NCBI GenBank assembly: GCA_040954595.2
Contig: CM082590.2
Span: 4,030,001 to 4,094,000 of the forward strand
Reading direction: 5' to 3'
DNA from: Balanoglossus misakiensis
Taxonomy: Eukaryota > Animalia > Hemichordata
Length of the DNA stretch: 64,000 bases
Shown here: positions 41,105-54,959 of the stretch, one piece after another
How positions within the stretch are numbered: position 1 is the first letter of the stretch
Layout: every line of letters starts with the position of its first letter
Notes under the pieces: generated by a model
The model's database searches: none
The model's input: the letters and a program-made list of their open reading frames with translations, nothing else
Told to the model about the DNA's origin: nothing
Made by a program: the position numbers and the translations under genes

Positions 41105-41721
41105 TTAATGACACTTTTTGGGCAAGTTTAACACTCAGAGACAGAAATGTGGGTTCTAAAACATGCTTGCTGCCATACATTCCTTTGAATATTATCCTAA
41201 TCCTGATGTACATGTATCAGTTCAATATTGTATGTTACTAATTGAACGATTTGTTCTTCGAAATAACAGAACCAGTTGAATACACAAAGTCATGCAAAGG
41301 GGTAAGACAACACGTCTTCACCAGAAAGTCAAGGTTCTTGAGAATATTCCTTCTTCACATGTAGCTCTTAAAGTACATGTGCTATGAGAAACCTAGCAAA
41401 GATATATCAAACCAACAGAATCCCAGTGGAAATCAAAGTGGACAACTCTTAGTCAAGCCCAAGAAAAGAGTCAACCTCAGGAAATCAGTTGCACAAAGTC
41501 ATGCACATGTTTCTGTAGGTGCTTTAGGTCTAGTCTGACAGCACTGCTCTTTGTTTCTGTCATCAAGATTGATCTGATACATGTACATCAGGATTAGGAT
41601 AATATACACATCAATGTATGGTAGCAAGCATGTTTTACAACCCACATTCCTGTTTCTGAGTCTTACAATTGACCAAACAGTGCCATTAATGGGGGAAAAA
41701 AGTGTGAATGTCAGTTTCTAG

Positions 41722-41735
41722 CCACTAGAGGGCGC
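41722..41735 (+). promoter_or_regulatory. CTCF-consensus motif CCACTAGAGGGCGC (minus-strand matches at 40327-40340, 40199-40212, 39299-39312)
   Basis: Match to the core CTCF consensus CC(A/G)C(T/C/A)AG(A/G)(G/T)GGCG; binding untested. Confidence 0.55.
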
Positions 41736-41847
41736 TGTCTTTTTGGATCCATATTGGAAAATGTCCGCCATGGGTCAATGCATAGTCTACCGAGTTTCAT
41801 GCCTTTAACCCAAAGTGCACAATTTTTCTACTAGCGTACCCGCTTAA

Positions 41848-42154
41848 AGCCCCTAGAGCTGCCAAATTTCACGGATTTTCTTCCACAGTAAAATACTTCA
41901 AATATATTCCCTATCCTCTAAAATCCTCACTATTAAGCCATATTACTTGCATTTGCATCAGTTTGTCATCTCTTGGTGATGCATACCACGATAGCTGCGT
42001 ACTGTTTGTATGGAGGCTGATTAAACCGTTTTAATACATAGCATTTTCAAATCGCTACATACAGCCATAATCGGGCACCGGTAAAGTGTTCACATATACC
42101 TATCAGTAAAATAAAATTGTGAAAATAATGTAAAAAGTGGCAGCTATAGAGGCT
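41848..42154. mobile_element. Kolobok-like MITE
   Basis: TTAA|agcccctagagctgcca ... tggcagctatagaggct|TTAA. Confidence 0.8.
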
Positions 42155-43595
42155 TTAATGTATTTCCCATGTTTTAGGTCTCCATGTTGATTCACAATTT
42201 CATGTCAACAAGTTCACATTCTACCACCACATCACATCTACACATCAACTATCACTGTGATAGAAGCTACCATTTTCAAGTTAAAGTTATACAGTCACCG
42301 CCAATTTACATACACCCATATATGGCTGAAATAGAGTATTTGCGGGTTCTAAATAACATATGGCGGCGCTCTTTTTTTCGCATGTGCCACCCACTGAAAA
42401 TCCGTGATTGGCTAGATCTCAAGTTAACGTGGTAACTGTAGCTAAATTTCCATAGGTGACCGTATACCTTCTCTACACGTACTGTTGACTGACACACACA
42501 ATCCCCTAACTCTCAACACATACATACAAAGACCCAACCCACTCCACGTGTAGTCTCCATGGCCATGCCACCTGGCCTGCAGGCTACCGAAACCAAAAGC
42601 ATACACACACACAATACATGTCAATTTTACATGAGGAGCGGCTCATGTACTTTATTCTAAACTTGAATGATATATAAACTGAAAATTTACCCCGCACCAA
42701 AACCCAGAGATAAAACCCTTTTTTCAGGATAAGGGGAAAAAACACTGGGAAAGCGTAGGTAATTCGCCAACTTTACAAAAAATTCTATTTCAAAATTCAT
42801 GCCTCTTTGAAAACCCTACTTTCAAGTGAAGATGCTAATCTGTTACACAAAATAGCAGGATCACAGAAAGAAAATGTTGGAAGTTTTACAATACCAAGCA
42901 AAATTTGGTATTGTAGGTCTAAACTAAAACTGACAAAAATTAATATTTCATCTCTGAATGAATAAAGTGTTCTCAATAAACCATAATAGGTTTGGTGTTA
43001 CACTGTTCTAAATGTAGCATTTACAATTAAAGGGCAACTACCTGTAATTTTTGGTACAGAATTGTTAATATTGACAAATGCATTCAATTGACTTGAATAC
43101 AATTGTTAACAATAACAATGCTGATTATGCATACCAGAAATCGTGGTGCATACATAGACCAAAATTACGTACTGAAAAATTTGTCAAATGTAACACATAG
43201 TGGACCGTAATGTCTATAAGATTAAATCTCAAACAATGTCAAGTGAACGTAAAATCTTAAATTTCATATTAAAATACAAAAAGAATAAAGTCATACTATT
43301 GAACACTGCACACAGCAGTTGAGTCTAAAGTGACTAATGTACTGGGGGCGATCCCAAACAGAAACGGGTCATATAGTCATAAATATCCCCCACCCTTATA
43401 AAGACCCCTTTCTCCTTGGGATGGCTCCTGTGATAAAATGAAACTGTGCTGGACTTGAAGAGATATACACAGGAAACCTCATCAGTTACAGCCACTGCGA
43501 AGACTTCATTGATGATCCCCCAAAATTGGGGGGAAAATGTAGATGAATGTTGAAATCTTCAAAAGCAAATTGAAAGTATTTTACTGTCAAAAAAG

Positions 43596-46022
43596 TGTAA
43601 ATAATGTGTTGCCTGTAAGCCATGATGCATGATCTCCATGCCATTCAATTTATGAGCGAATTTACTGATTTACTACCCTCCCCCCGAAATACAAACAAAA
43701 CAAAACAATTATGAATATATGGCTTCTGCAAACACATTATTTAGCAAATTAAAATCTTATCTCATAAAGTCACTTGAAAATGTGAAAGACCCTCTTAAAT
43801 TAAGGAAAAAGAGGAATGTTCAAATGTAAAATAACTGAAAACTAAATCTGTATGAAACTTCTTGAAAAGAAGTATATCATTGTAAATAATGTGTTGCCTG
43901 TAAGCCATGATGCATGATCTCCATGCCATTCAATTTATGAGCAAATTTACTGATTTACTACCCTCCCCCCGAAATACAAACAAAACAATTATGAATATAT
44001 GGCTTCTGCAAACACATTATTTAGCAAATTAAAATCTTATCTGATAAAGTCACTTGAAAATGTGAAAGACCCTCTTAAATTAAGGAAAAAGAGGAATGTT
44101 CAAATGTAAAATAACTGAAAACTAAATTTGTATTAAATAGAGAAAACTTCTTGAAAAGAAGTATATCATTGTAAATAATGTGTTGCCTGTAAGCCATGAT
44201 GCATGATATCCATGCCATTCAATTTATGAGCGAATTTACTGATTTACTACCCTCCCCCCGAAATACAAACAAAACAATTATGAATATATGGCTTCTGCAA
44301 ACACATTATTCAGCAAATTAAAATCTTATCTGATAAAGTCACTTGAAAATGTGAAAGACCCTCTTAAATTAAGGAAAAGGGGAATGTTAAAATGTAAAAT
44401 AACTGAAAACTGAATGTGTATAAAACTTCTTGAAAAGAAGTATATCATTGTAAATAATGTGTTGCCTGTAAGCCATGATGCATGATCTCCATGCCATTCA
44501 ATTTATGAGCAAATTTACTGATTTACTACCCTCCCCCCGAAATACAAACAAAACAATTATGAATATATGGCTTCTGCAAACACATTATTTAGCAAATTAA
44601 AATCTTATCTGATAAAGTCACTTGAAAATGTGAAAGACCCTCTTAAATTAAGGAAAAAGAGGAATGTTCAAATGTAAAATAACTGAAAACTAAATTTGTA
44701 TTAAATAGAGAAAACTTCTTGAAAAGAAGTATATCATTGTAAATAATGTGTTGCCTGTAAGCCATGATGCATGATATCCATGCCATTCAATTTATGAGCG
44801 AATTTACTGATTTACTACCCTCCCCCCGAAATACAAACAAAACAATTATGAATATATGGCTTCTGCAAACACATTATTCAGCAAATTAAAATCTTATCTG
44901 ATAAAGTCACTTGAAAATGTGAAAGACCCTCTTAAATTAAGGAAAAGGGGAATGTTAAAATGTAAAATAACTGAAAACTGAATGTGTATAAAACTTCTTG
45001 AAAAGAAGTATATCATTGTAAATAATGTGTTGCCTGTAAGCCATGATGCATGATCTCCATGCCATTCAATTTATGAGCAAATTTACTGATTTACTACCCT
45101 CCCCCCAAAATACAAACCAAACAATTATGAATTTATGGCTTCTGCAAACACATTATTTAGCAAATTAAAATCTTATCTGATAAAGTCACTTGAAAATGTG
45201 AAAGACCCTCTTAAATTAAGGAAAAAGAGGAATGTTCAAATGTAAAATAACTGAAAACTAAATGTGTATAAAATAGAGAAAACTTCTTGAAAAGAAGTAT
45301 ATCATTGTAAATAATGTGTTGCCTGTAAGCCATGATGCATGATCTCCATGCCATTCAATTTATGAGCAAATTTACTGATTTACTACCCTCCCCCCGAAAT
45401 ACAAACAAAACAATTATGAATTTATGGCTTCTGCAAACACATTATTTAGCAAATTAAAATCTTATCTGATAAAGTCACTTGAAAATGTGAAAGACCCTCT
45501 TAAATTAAGGAAAAAGAGGAATGTTCAAATGTAAAATAACTGAAAACTAAATGTGTATAAAATAGAGAAAACTTCTTGAAAAGAAGTATATCATTGTAAA
45601 TAATGTGTTGCCTGTAAGCCATGATGCATGATCTCCATGCCATTCAATTTATGAGCAAATTTACTGATTTACTACCCTCCCCCCGAAATACAAACAAAAC
45701 AATTATGAATTTATGGCTTCTGCAAACACATTATTTAGCAAATTAAAATCTTATCTGATAAAGTCACTTGAAAATGTGAAAGACCCTCTTAAATTAAGGA
45801 AAAAGAGGAATGTTCAAATGTAAAATAACTGAAAACTAAATGTGTATAAAATAGAGAAAACTTCTTGAAAAGAAGTATATCATTGTAAATAATGTGTTGC
45901 CTGTAAGCCACGATGCATGATCTCCATGCCATTCAATTTTTTAGCGAATTTACTGCCCCCCCCAAAAAAATACAATCAAAACAAAACAATTATGAATACA
46001 TGGCTTCTGCAAACACATTATT
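43596..46022. repeat. Tandem repeat, ~279-290 bp unit, ~8.5 copies
   Basis: gtaaataatgtgttgcctgtaagcc recurs near 43597, 43882, 44171, 44450, 44739, 45018, 45307, 45596, 45885. Confidence 0.95.
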
Positions 46023-46793
46023 TATGTATTTAAAAAGAAAAAAAATTCATCAAAAATCAAAGCATTATAAACCTAGTAATCACACAATGCATATACATGC
46101 AACGATGCAAATGCATTAAAAGTGTGATATAAAAATACTTAATTATGTCAAGTAAAGGCAAAATCATTAAGGTAATATTAAAGAACTACTTGTGCACTGA
46201 GTCTGTTGATTGGGGCCCTCGTTGTGTGGGACTCGCTAGCAATGTGGGGAAAATCTATTGATTATCGACAGACTCAGTGGGCAAGACGTGACCATAAAAT
46301 AGATATACCAACATATCGAACTGTTGAATACTACGCAAACAAAAAAACCCCCAACTAATGAACTGATCCCAGGAAACTACACTGGACTTGAAGGATCTAT
46401 TGCAAGTTTTAGTGGACTTGAAGTATTTATTGAAAAAATTTTCTCATCATGAAATTAAGTTAGTCATGCTAAACTATGGTATTATAAAAACATATTGCAA
46501 TTAAAACCTTCTCATCTGTTATAGCCATTGGAAAAAATTCATTAAAGACATACCCTAAAAAAATAGGAAAAAGAACACAGACAGATAATAAAATCCTAAA
46601 AATGTTAAAATGCACACACATACATACCGTATTCTTTATTTATAATATGGGAAAGTACAACTGAGCAAGCGACAGTCGCGCGCGCGCAAAAACATAAATT
46701 GCTTGAAGACGGACTGCAATCTTGGGATTCTTGGGATCTTGTAGAGAACCAGCTTCATCAGATGACCAAAAACATCCTAGGCGCGGATAGATT

Positions 46794-49700
46794 ACAACCA
46801 CGGCAAACACAGAGGCCAAAATGTGACGAGAGAGTAGTCACAGACACCCCAAAAATGTCGACAATTCGAATAAGAATTCGAAAACACAACCACGGCAAAC
46901 ACAGAGGCCAAAATGTGACGAGAGAGTAGTCACAGACACCCCAAAAATGTCGACAATTCGAATAAGAATTCGAAAACACAACCATGGCAAACACAGAGGC
47001 CAAAATGTGACGAGAGAGTAGTCACAGACACCCAAAAATGTGGACAATTCGAATAAGAATTCGAAAACACAACAACGGCAAAGACAGAGGCCAAAATGTG
47101 ACGAGAGAGTCGTCACAGACACCCAAAAATGTGGACAATTCGAATAAGAATTCGAAAACACAACCACGGCAAACACAGAGGCCAGAATGTGACGAGAGAG
47201 TAGTCACAGACACCCAAAAATGTGGACAATTCGAATAAGAATTCGAAAACACAACCACAGCAAACACAGAGGCCAAAATGTGACGAGAGAGTCGTCACAG
47301 ACACCCAGAAATGTCGACAATTCGAATAAGAATTCGAAAACACAACCACGACAAACACAGAGGCCAAAATGTGACGAGAGAGTCGTCACAGACACCCAAA
47401 AATGTGGACAATTCGAATAAGAATTCGAAAACACAACCACGGCAAACACAGAGGCCAGAATGTGACGAGAGAGTAGTCACAGACACCCAAAAATGTGGAC
47501 AATTCGAATAAGAATTCGAAAACACAACAACGGCAAACACAGAGGCCAAAATGTGACGAGAGAGTCGTCACAGACACCCAAAAATGTGGACAATTCGAAT
47601 AAGAATTCGAAAACACAACTACGGCAAACACAGAGGCCAGAATGTGACGAGAGAGTAGTCACAGACACCCAAAAATGTGGACAATTCGAATAAGAATTCG
47701 AAAACACAACCACGGCAAACACAAAGGCCAGAATGTGACGAGAGAGTAGTCACAGACACCCAAAAATGACGACAGTTCGAATAAGAATTCGAAAACACAA
47801 CCACGGCAAACACAAAGGCCAGAATGTGACGAGAGAGTAGTCACAGACACCCAAAAATGTGGACAATTCAAATAAGAATTCGAAAACACAACCACGGCAA
47901 ACACAGAGGCCAGAATGTGACGAGAGAGTAGTCACAGACACCTAAAAATGTGGACAATTTGAATATGAATTCGAAAACACAACCACGGCAAACACAGAGG
48001 CCAGAATGTGACGAGAGAGTAGTCACAGACACCCAGAAATGTCGACAATTCGAATACGAATTCGAAAACACAATCACGGCAAACACAGAGGCCAAAATGT
48101 GACGAGAGAGTAGTCACAGACACCCAGAAATGTCGACAATTCGAATAAGAATTGGAAAACACAACCACGGCAAACACAGAGGCCAGAATGTGACGAGAGA
48201 GTAGTCACAGACACCCAAAAATGGTGACAATTCGAATAAGAATTCGAAAACACAACCACAGCAAACACAGAGGCCAAAATGTGACGAGAGAGTCGTCACA
48301 GACACCCAGAAATGTCGACAATTCAAATAAGAATTCGAAAACACAACCACGGCAAACACAGAGGCCAAAATGTGACGAGAGAGTAGTCACAGACACCCAG
48401 AAATGTCGACAATTCGAATATGAATTCGAAAACACAACCACGGCAAACACAGAGGCCAAAATGTGACGAGAGAGTAGTCACAGACACACAGAAATGTCGA
48501 CAATTCGAATATGAATTCGAAAACACAACCACGGCAAACACAGAGGCCAAAATGTGACGAGAGAGTAGTCACAGACACACAGAAATGTCGACAATTCGAA
48601 TATGAATTCGAAAACACAACCACGGCAAACACAGAGGCCAGAATGTGACGAGAGAGTAGTCACAGACACCCAAAAATGTCGACAATTCGAATAAGAATTG
48701 GAAAACACAACCACGGCAAACACAGAGGCCAGAATGTGACGAGAGAGTAGTCACAGACACCCAAAAATGGTGACAATTCGAATATGAATTCGAAAACACA
48801 AACATGGCAAACACAGAGGCCAGAATGTGACGAGAGAGTAGTCACAGACACCCAGAAATGTCGACAATTCGAATAAGAATTCGAAAACACAATCACGGCA
48901 AACACAGAGGCCAAAATGTGACGAGAGAGTAGTCACAGACACCCAGAAATGGTGACAATTCGAATAAGAATTCGAAAACACAACCACGGCAAACACAGAG
49001 GCCAAAATGTGACAAGAGAGTAGTCACAGACACCCAAAAATCTTGAAAATTCGAATATGAATTCGAAAACACAACCACGGCAAACACAGAGGCCAAAATG
49101 TGACGAGATGTAGTCACAGACACCCAAAAATGTTGACAATTCGAATATGAATTCGAAAACACAACCACGGCAAACACAGAGGCCAAAATGTGACGAGATG
49201 TAGTCACAGACACCCAAAAATGTTGACAATTCGAATATGAATTCGAAAACACAACCACGGCAAACACAGAGGCCAAAATGTGACGAGAGAGTAGTCACAG
49301 ACACCTAAAAATGTGGACAATTTGAATATGAATTCGAAAACACAACCACGGCAAACACAGAGGCCAGAATGTGACGAGAGAGTAGTCACAGACACCCAGA
49401 AATGTCGACAATTCGAATAAGAATTCGAAAACACAATCACGGCAAACACAGAGGCCAAAATGTGACGAGAGAGTAGTCACAGACACCCAGAAATGTCGAC
49501 AATTCGAATAAGAATTGGAAAACACAACCACGGCAAACACAGAGGCCAGAATGTGACGAGAGAGTAGTCACAGACACCCAAAAATGGTGACAATTCGAAT
49601 AAGAATTCGAAAACACAACCACAGCAAACACAGAGGCCAAAATGTGACGAGAGAGTCGTCACAGACACCCAGAAATGTCGACAATTCAAATAAGAATTCG

Positions 49701-52700
49701 AAAACACAACCACGGCAAACACAGAGGCCAAAATGTGACGAGAGAGTAGTCACAGACACCCAGAAATGTCGACAATTCGAATATGAATTCGAAAACACAA
49801 CCACGGCAAACACAGAGGCCAAAATGTGACGAGAGAGTAGTCACAGACACACAGAAATGTCGACAATTCGAATATGAATTCGAAAACACAACCACGGCAA
49901 ACACAGAGGCCAAAATGTGACGAGAGAGTAGTCACAGACACACAGAAATGTCGACAATTCGAATATGAATTCGAAAACACAACCACGGCAAACACAGAGG
50001 CCAAAATGTGACGAGAGAGTAGTCACAGACACACAGAAATGTCGACAATTCGAATATGAATTCGAAAACACAACCACGGCAAACACAGAGGCCAGAATGT
50101 GACGAGAGAGTAGTCACAGACACCCAAAAATGGTGACAATTCGAATATGAATTCGAAAACACAAACATGGCAAACACAGAGGCCAGAATGTGACGAGAGA
50201 GTAGTCACAGACACCCAGAAATGTCGACAATTCGAATAAGAATTCGAAAACACAATCACGGCAAACACAGAGGCCAAAATGTGACGAGAGAGTAGTCACA
50301 GACACCCAGAAATGGTGACAATTCGAATAAGAATTCGAAAACACAACCACGGCAAACACAGAGGCCAAAATGTGACAAGAGAGTAGTCACAGACACCCAA
50401 AAATCTTGAAAATTCGAATATGAATTCGAAAACACAACCACGGCAAACACAGAGGCCAAAATGTGACGAGATGTAGTCACAGACACCCAAAAATGTTGAC
50501 AATTCGAATATGAATTCGAAAACACAACCACGGCAAACACAGAGGCCAAAATGTGACGAGATGTAGTCACAGACACCCAAAAATGTTGACAATTCGAATA
50601 TGAATTCGAAAACACAACCACGGCAAACACAGAGGCCAAAATGTGACGAGATGTAGTCACAGACACCCAAAAATGTTGACAATTCGAATATGAATTCGAA
50701 AACACAACCACGGCAAACACAGAGGCCAAAATGTGACGAGAGAGTAGTCACAGACACACAGAAATGTCGACAATTCGAATATGAATTCGAAAACACAACC
50801 ACGGCAAACACAGAGGCCAAAATGTGACGAGAGAGTAGTCACAGACACACAGAAATGTCGACAATTCGAATATGAATTCGAAAACACAACCACGGCAAAC
50901 ACAGAGGCCAAAATGTGACGAGAGAGTAGTCACAGACACACAGAAATGTCGACAATTCGAATATGAATTCGAAAACACAACCACGGCAAACACAGAGGCC
51001 AGAATGTGACGAGAGAGTAGTCACAGACACCCAAAAATGGTGACAATTCGAATATGAATTCGAAAACACAAACATGGCAAACACAGAGGCCAGAATGTGA
51101 CGAGAGAGTAGTCACAGACACCCAGAAATGTCGACAATTCGAATAAGAATTCGAAAACACAATCACGGCAAACACAGAGGCCAAAATGTGACGAGAGAGT
51201 AGTCACAGACACCCAGAAATGGTGACAATTCGAATAAGAATTCGAAAACACAACCACGGCAAACACAGAGGCCAAAATGTGACAAGAGAGTAGTCACAGA
51301 CACCCAAAAATCTTGAAAATTCGAATATGAATTCGAAAACACAACCACGGCAAACACAGAGGCCAAAATGTGACGAGATGTAGTCACAGACACCCAAAAA
51401 TGTTGACAATTCGAATATGAATTCGAAAACACAACCACGGCAAACACAGAGGCCAAAATGTGACGAGATGTAGTCACAGACACCCAAAAATGTTGACAAT
51501 TCGAATATGAATTCGAAAACACAACCACGGCAAACACAGAGGCCAAAATGTGACGAGATGTAGTCACAGACACCCAAAAATGTTGACAATTCGAATATGA
51601 ATTCGAAAACACAACCACGGCAAACACAGAGGCCAAAATGTGATGAGATGTAGTCACAGACACCCAAAAATGTTGACAATTCGAATATGAATTCGAAAAC
51701 ACAACCATGTGAAAACACAGAGGCCAGAATGTGACGAGATGTAGTCACAGACACCCAAAAATGTCGACAATTCGAATATGAATTCGAAAACACAACCACG
51801 GCAAACACAGAGGCTAAAATGTGACGAGAGAGTAGTCACAGACACCCAGAAATGTCGACAATTCGAATATGAATTCGAAAACACAACCACGGCAAACACA
51901 GAGGCTAAAATGTGACGAGAGAGTAGTCACAGACACCCAAAAATGTCGACAATTCGAATATGAATTCGAAAACACAACCACGGCAAACACAGAGGCCAGA
52001 ATGTGACGAGAGAGTAGTCACAGACACCTAAAAATGTGGACAATTTGAATATGAATTCGAAAACACAACCACGGCAAACACAGAGGCCAGAATGTGACGA
52101 GAGAGTAGTCACAGACACCCAAAAATGTCGACAATTCGAATAAGAATTGGAAAACACAACCACGGCAAACACAGAGGCCAGAATGTGACGAGAGAGTAGT
52201 CACAGACACCCAGAAATGTCGACAATTCGAATAAGAATTCGAAAACACAACCACGGCAGACACAGAGGCCAGAATGTGACGAGAGAGTAGTCACAGACAC
52301 CCAAAAGTGTCGACAATTCGAATAAGAATTCGAAAACACAACCACGGCAAACACAGAGGCCAGAATGTGACGAGAGAGTAGTCACAGACACCCAAAAATG
52401 TCGACAGTTCGAATAAGAATTCGAAAACACAACCACGGCAAACACAGAGGCCAGAATGTGACGAGAGAGTAGTCACAGACACCCAAAAATCTTGACAATT
52501 CGAATATGAATTCGAAAAACACAACTACGGCAAACACAGAGGCCAGAATGTGACGAGAGAGTAGTCACAGACACCCAAAAGTGTCGACAATTCGAATATG
52601 AATTCGAAAACACAACCACGGCAAACACAGAGGCCAGAATGTGACGAGAGAGTAGTCACAGACACCCAAAAATGTCGACAATTCGAATATGAATTCGAAA

Positions 52701-53253
52701 ACACAACCACGGCAAACACAGACGCCAGAATGTGACGAGAGAGTAGTCACAGACACCCAAAAATGTCGACAATTCGAATATGAATTCGAAAACACAACCA
52801 CGGCAAACACAGACGCCAGAATGTGACGAGAGAGTAGTCACAGACACCCAAAAATGTCGACAATTCGAATAAGAATTCGAAAACACAACCAGGGCAAACA
52901 CAGAGGCCAGAATGTGACGAGAGAGTAGTCACAGACACCCAAAAATGTCGACAATTCGAATAAGAATTCGAAAACACAACCACGGCAAACACAGAGGCCA
53001 AAATGTGACGAGAGAGTAGTCACAGACACCCAAAAATGTCGACAATTCGAATATGAATTCGAAAACACAACCACGGCAAACACAGAGGCCAGAATGTGAC
53101 GAGAGAGTAGTCACAGACACCCAAAAATGTCGACAATTCGAATAAGAATTCGAAAACACAACCACGGCAACCACAGAGGCCAGAATGTGACGAGAGAGTA
53201 GTCACAGACACCCAAAAATGTCGACAATTCGAATAGGAATTCGAAAACACAAC
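46794..53253. repeat. 91-bp minisatellite, ~71 copies, with higher-order structure
   Basis: Unit caaccacggcaaacacagaggccaaaatgtgacgagagagtagtcacagacacccaaaaatgtcgacaattcgaata(a/t)gaattcgaaaaca. Confidence 0.98.
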
Positions 53254-53294
53254 ACAGAGAGTACTCCGAGACATCAAAAAATTTTGAAAATATT

Positions 53295-53381
53295 CATACA
53301 TGCATACATACATATATACATACAAGACAGACATACAGACATACATACATATATATATATATATACAATACATACATACAT

Positions 53382-53419
<38 letters not shown>

Positions 53420-53590
53420 GGGTACATGCAAACATACAACGACACAAATAAATATATAAATATATAAATAAATGAATGAATGAACGAGTGAATGAATGAA
53501 TGAATAAATGAATGAATGAATGAATGTATGTATGTATGTATGTATGTATGTATGAATAGATGGATGGATGGATGGATGAATGAATGTACA
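53295..53590. repeat. Mixed microsatellites (CATA, TA, CA, GAAT, GTAT, GGAT)
   Basis: Direct reading. Confidence 0.9.
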
Positions 53591-54959
53591 ATACTAGTAA
53601 ATCATGCCTATATCCAGTACATTCTGGAAAAATGACCGTCCAAGTTTATAGAGAGAGAGAGAGAGAGCCAGTCAAACAATTTTCAATGTTGGTCAACTGT
53701 TCATTGTCATATTTGCTTTCTGTATCAATACAGGACTAATGCTGTAAACCCTTTGTATTCTGTTTACCATTCAGCTTTGATATCTTAACTTGACTTTTTC
53801 TTTATATGTGGGTGCAATTATGCTACAAAGCTAAACAGTAAACACCTGAAGGCTGCTGTACCCTGTGCAATTAACATAAATTTACACTAAGTGCTTGCTA
53901 CATGCAATGCTTATTGTGCCTATAGGATTCAACAACCTTCAGGTTATGCTGAATAAATCATGGTGATTATTTAGCAGTGTTGGCAAACTGAAGTGTACAA
54001 TTTAGTTTTAACCTACTTAAACCCTCTCTCTCTCTCTCTGACACAATGACAAAAAATGCTATCAGAATAATACATTTGTAATACAGATCATATAAATGAG
54101 GAAGGGATTGATCAATGTTCAATTTCGTCCCGTGGGAGAAGTTCTATTCTTGGAATGACGATGGAATCAAAGTCAGTAAAATAAAGTCATCCTGTCCTTG
54201 GAAGGAAACTTCTCTGCATCCGATTCACTGGGGCTTCTGCATTCATACATGTATCCTCTTCTTGCCTATGCACAGAAAGACGACATAACACTCACCTTGT
54301 ATTGATTGATTGATTACAGCAAATAAGAGACATTCAACATTCACACAGAAACGAAAATATGCTCCTGTCAAACACTAAACATGGGTTAAAAAGGGGCCCA
54401 GGATGTGACAACATCTGATCAGGTCACTTCTTGATCACTATGTAATATGGTGGTAGAACACACTTGGGCCCCACTTTTGTATTTTTGTCTGGCGTGACAC
54501 TCCCTTAAAACTCTACCAAATGAAGATAAGCCCGCGTCAAAAGAGTGAATTGAAGTCCGCGAAACTACAAGTTAAAGAATCTGCTGTTTTTCATCAGGCA
54601 ATGAACTGGTTGAATGCATATTGGAAGAGAAAGCAATAGGATGGATTGGACATCAGTTACAGTATTCCGAGTATGGCGTTGATTCCTCTCTCTGTACAGC
54701 GATTATGAATAAGTGGAAAGACCAGCTCTGGGCATAAATGCTATAAAATCAGACCCAGTTCATCATGCATTGCTGGATGAATATTTATCCCGACTGAAGC
54801 ACACAGTATATACCGACCATGTGCACTTCCAGTGTTTTTATATAATATGGATGTGTATAGGAGCATTTCAGGGGGGTGGGGTGGGGGGGGGAGCTTGCTA
54901 TCAAGTAAAATGAAGGAATGCATCGACTTTTATTATCAGTGGCCCGTAAGGTTAATGCT

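Larger units (their letters stand above)
40237..41825. mobile_element. Non-autonomous DNA transposon with ~250-bp TIRs carrying CTCF-consensus motifs; left TIR interrupted by a Kolobok-like element
   Basis: 40237-40374 plus 41109-41220 is the imperfect reverse complement of 41574-41825; an extra partial left end lies at 40145-40215. Confidence 0.75.

Noticed and set aside
46794-53253. CRISPR array or protein-coding repeats
   Set aside because: No unique spacers and no cas genes; the 91-bp unit breaks frame, so the many ORFs are artefacts
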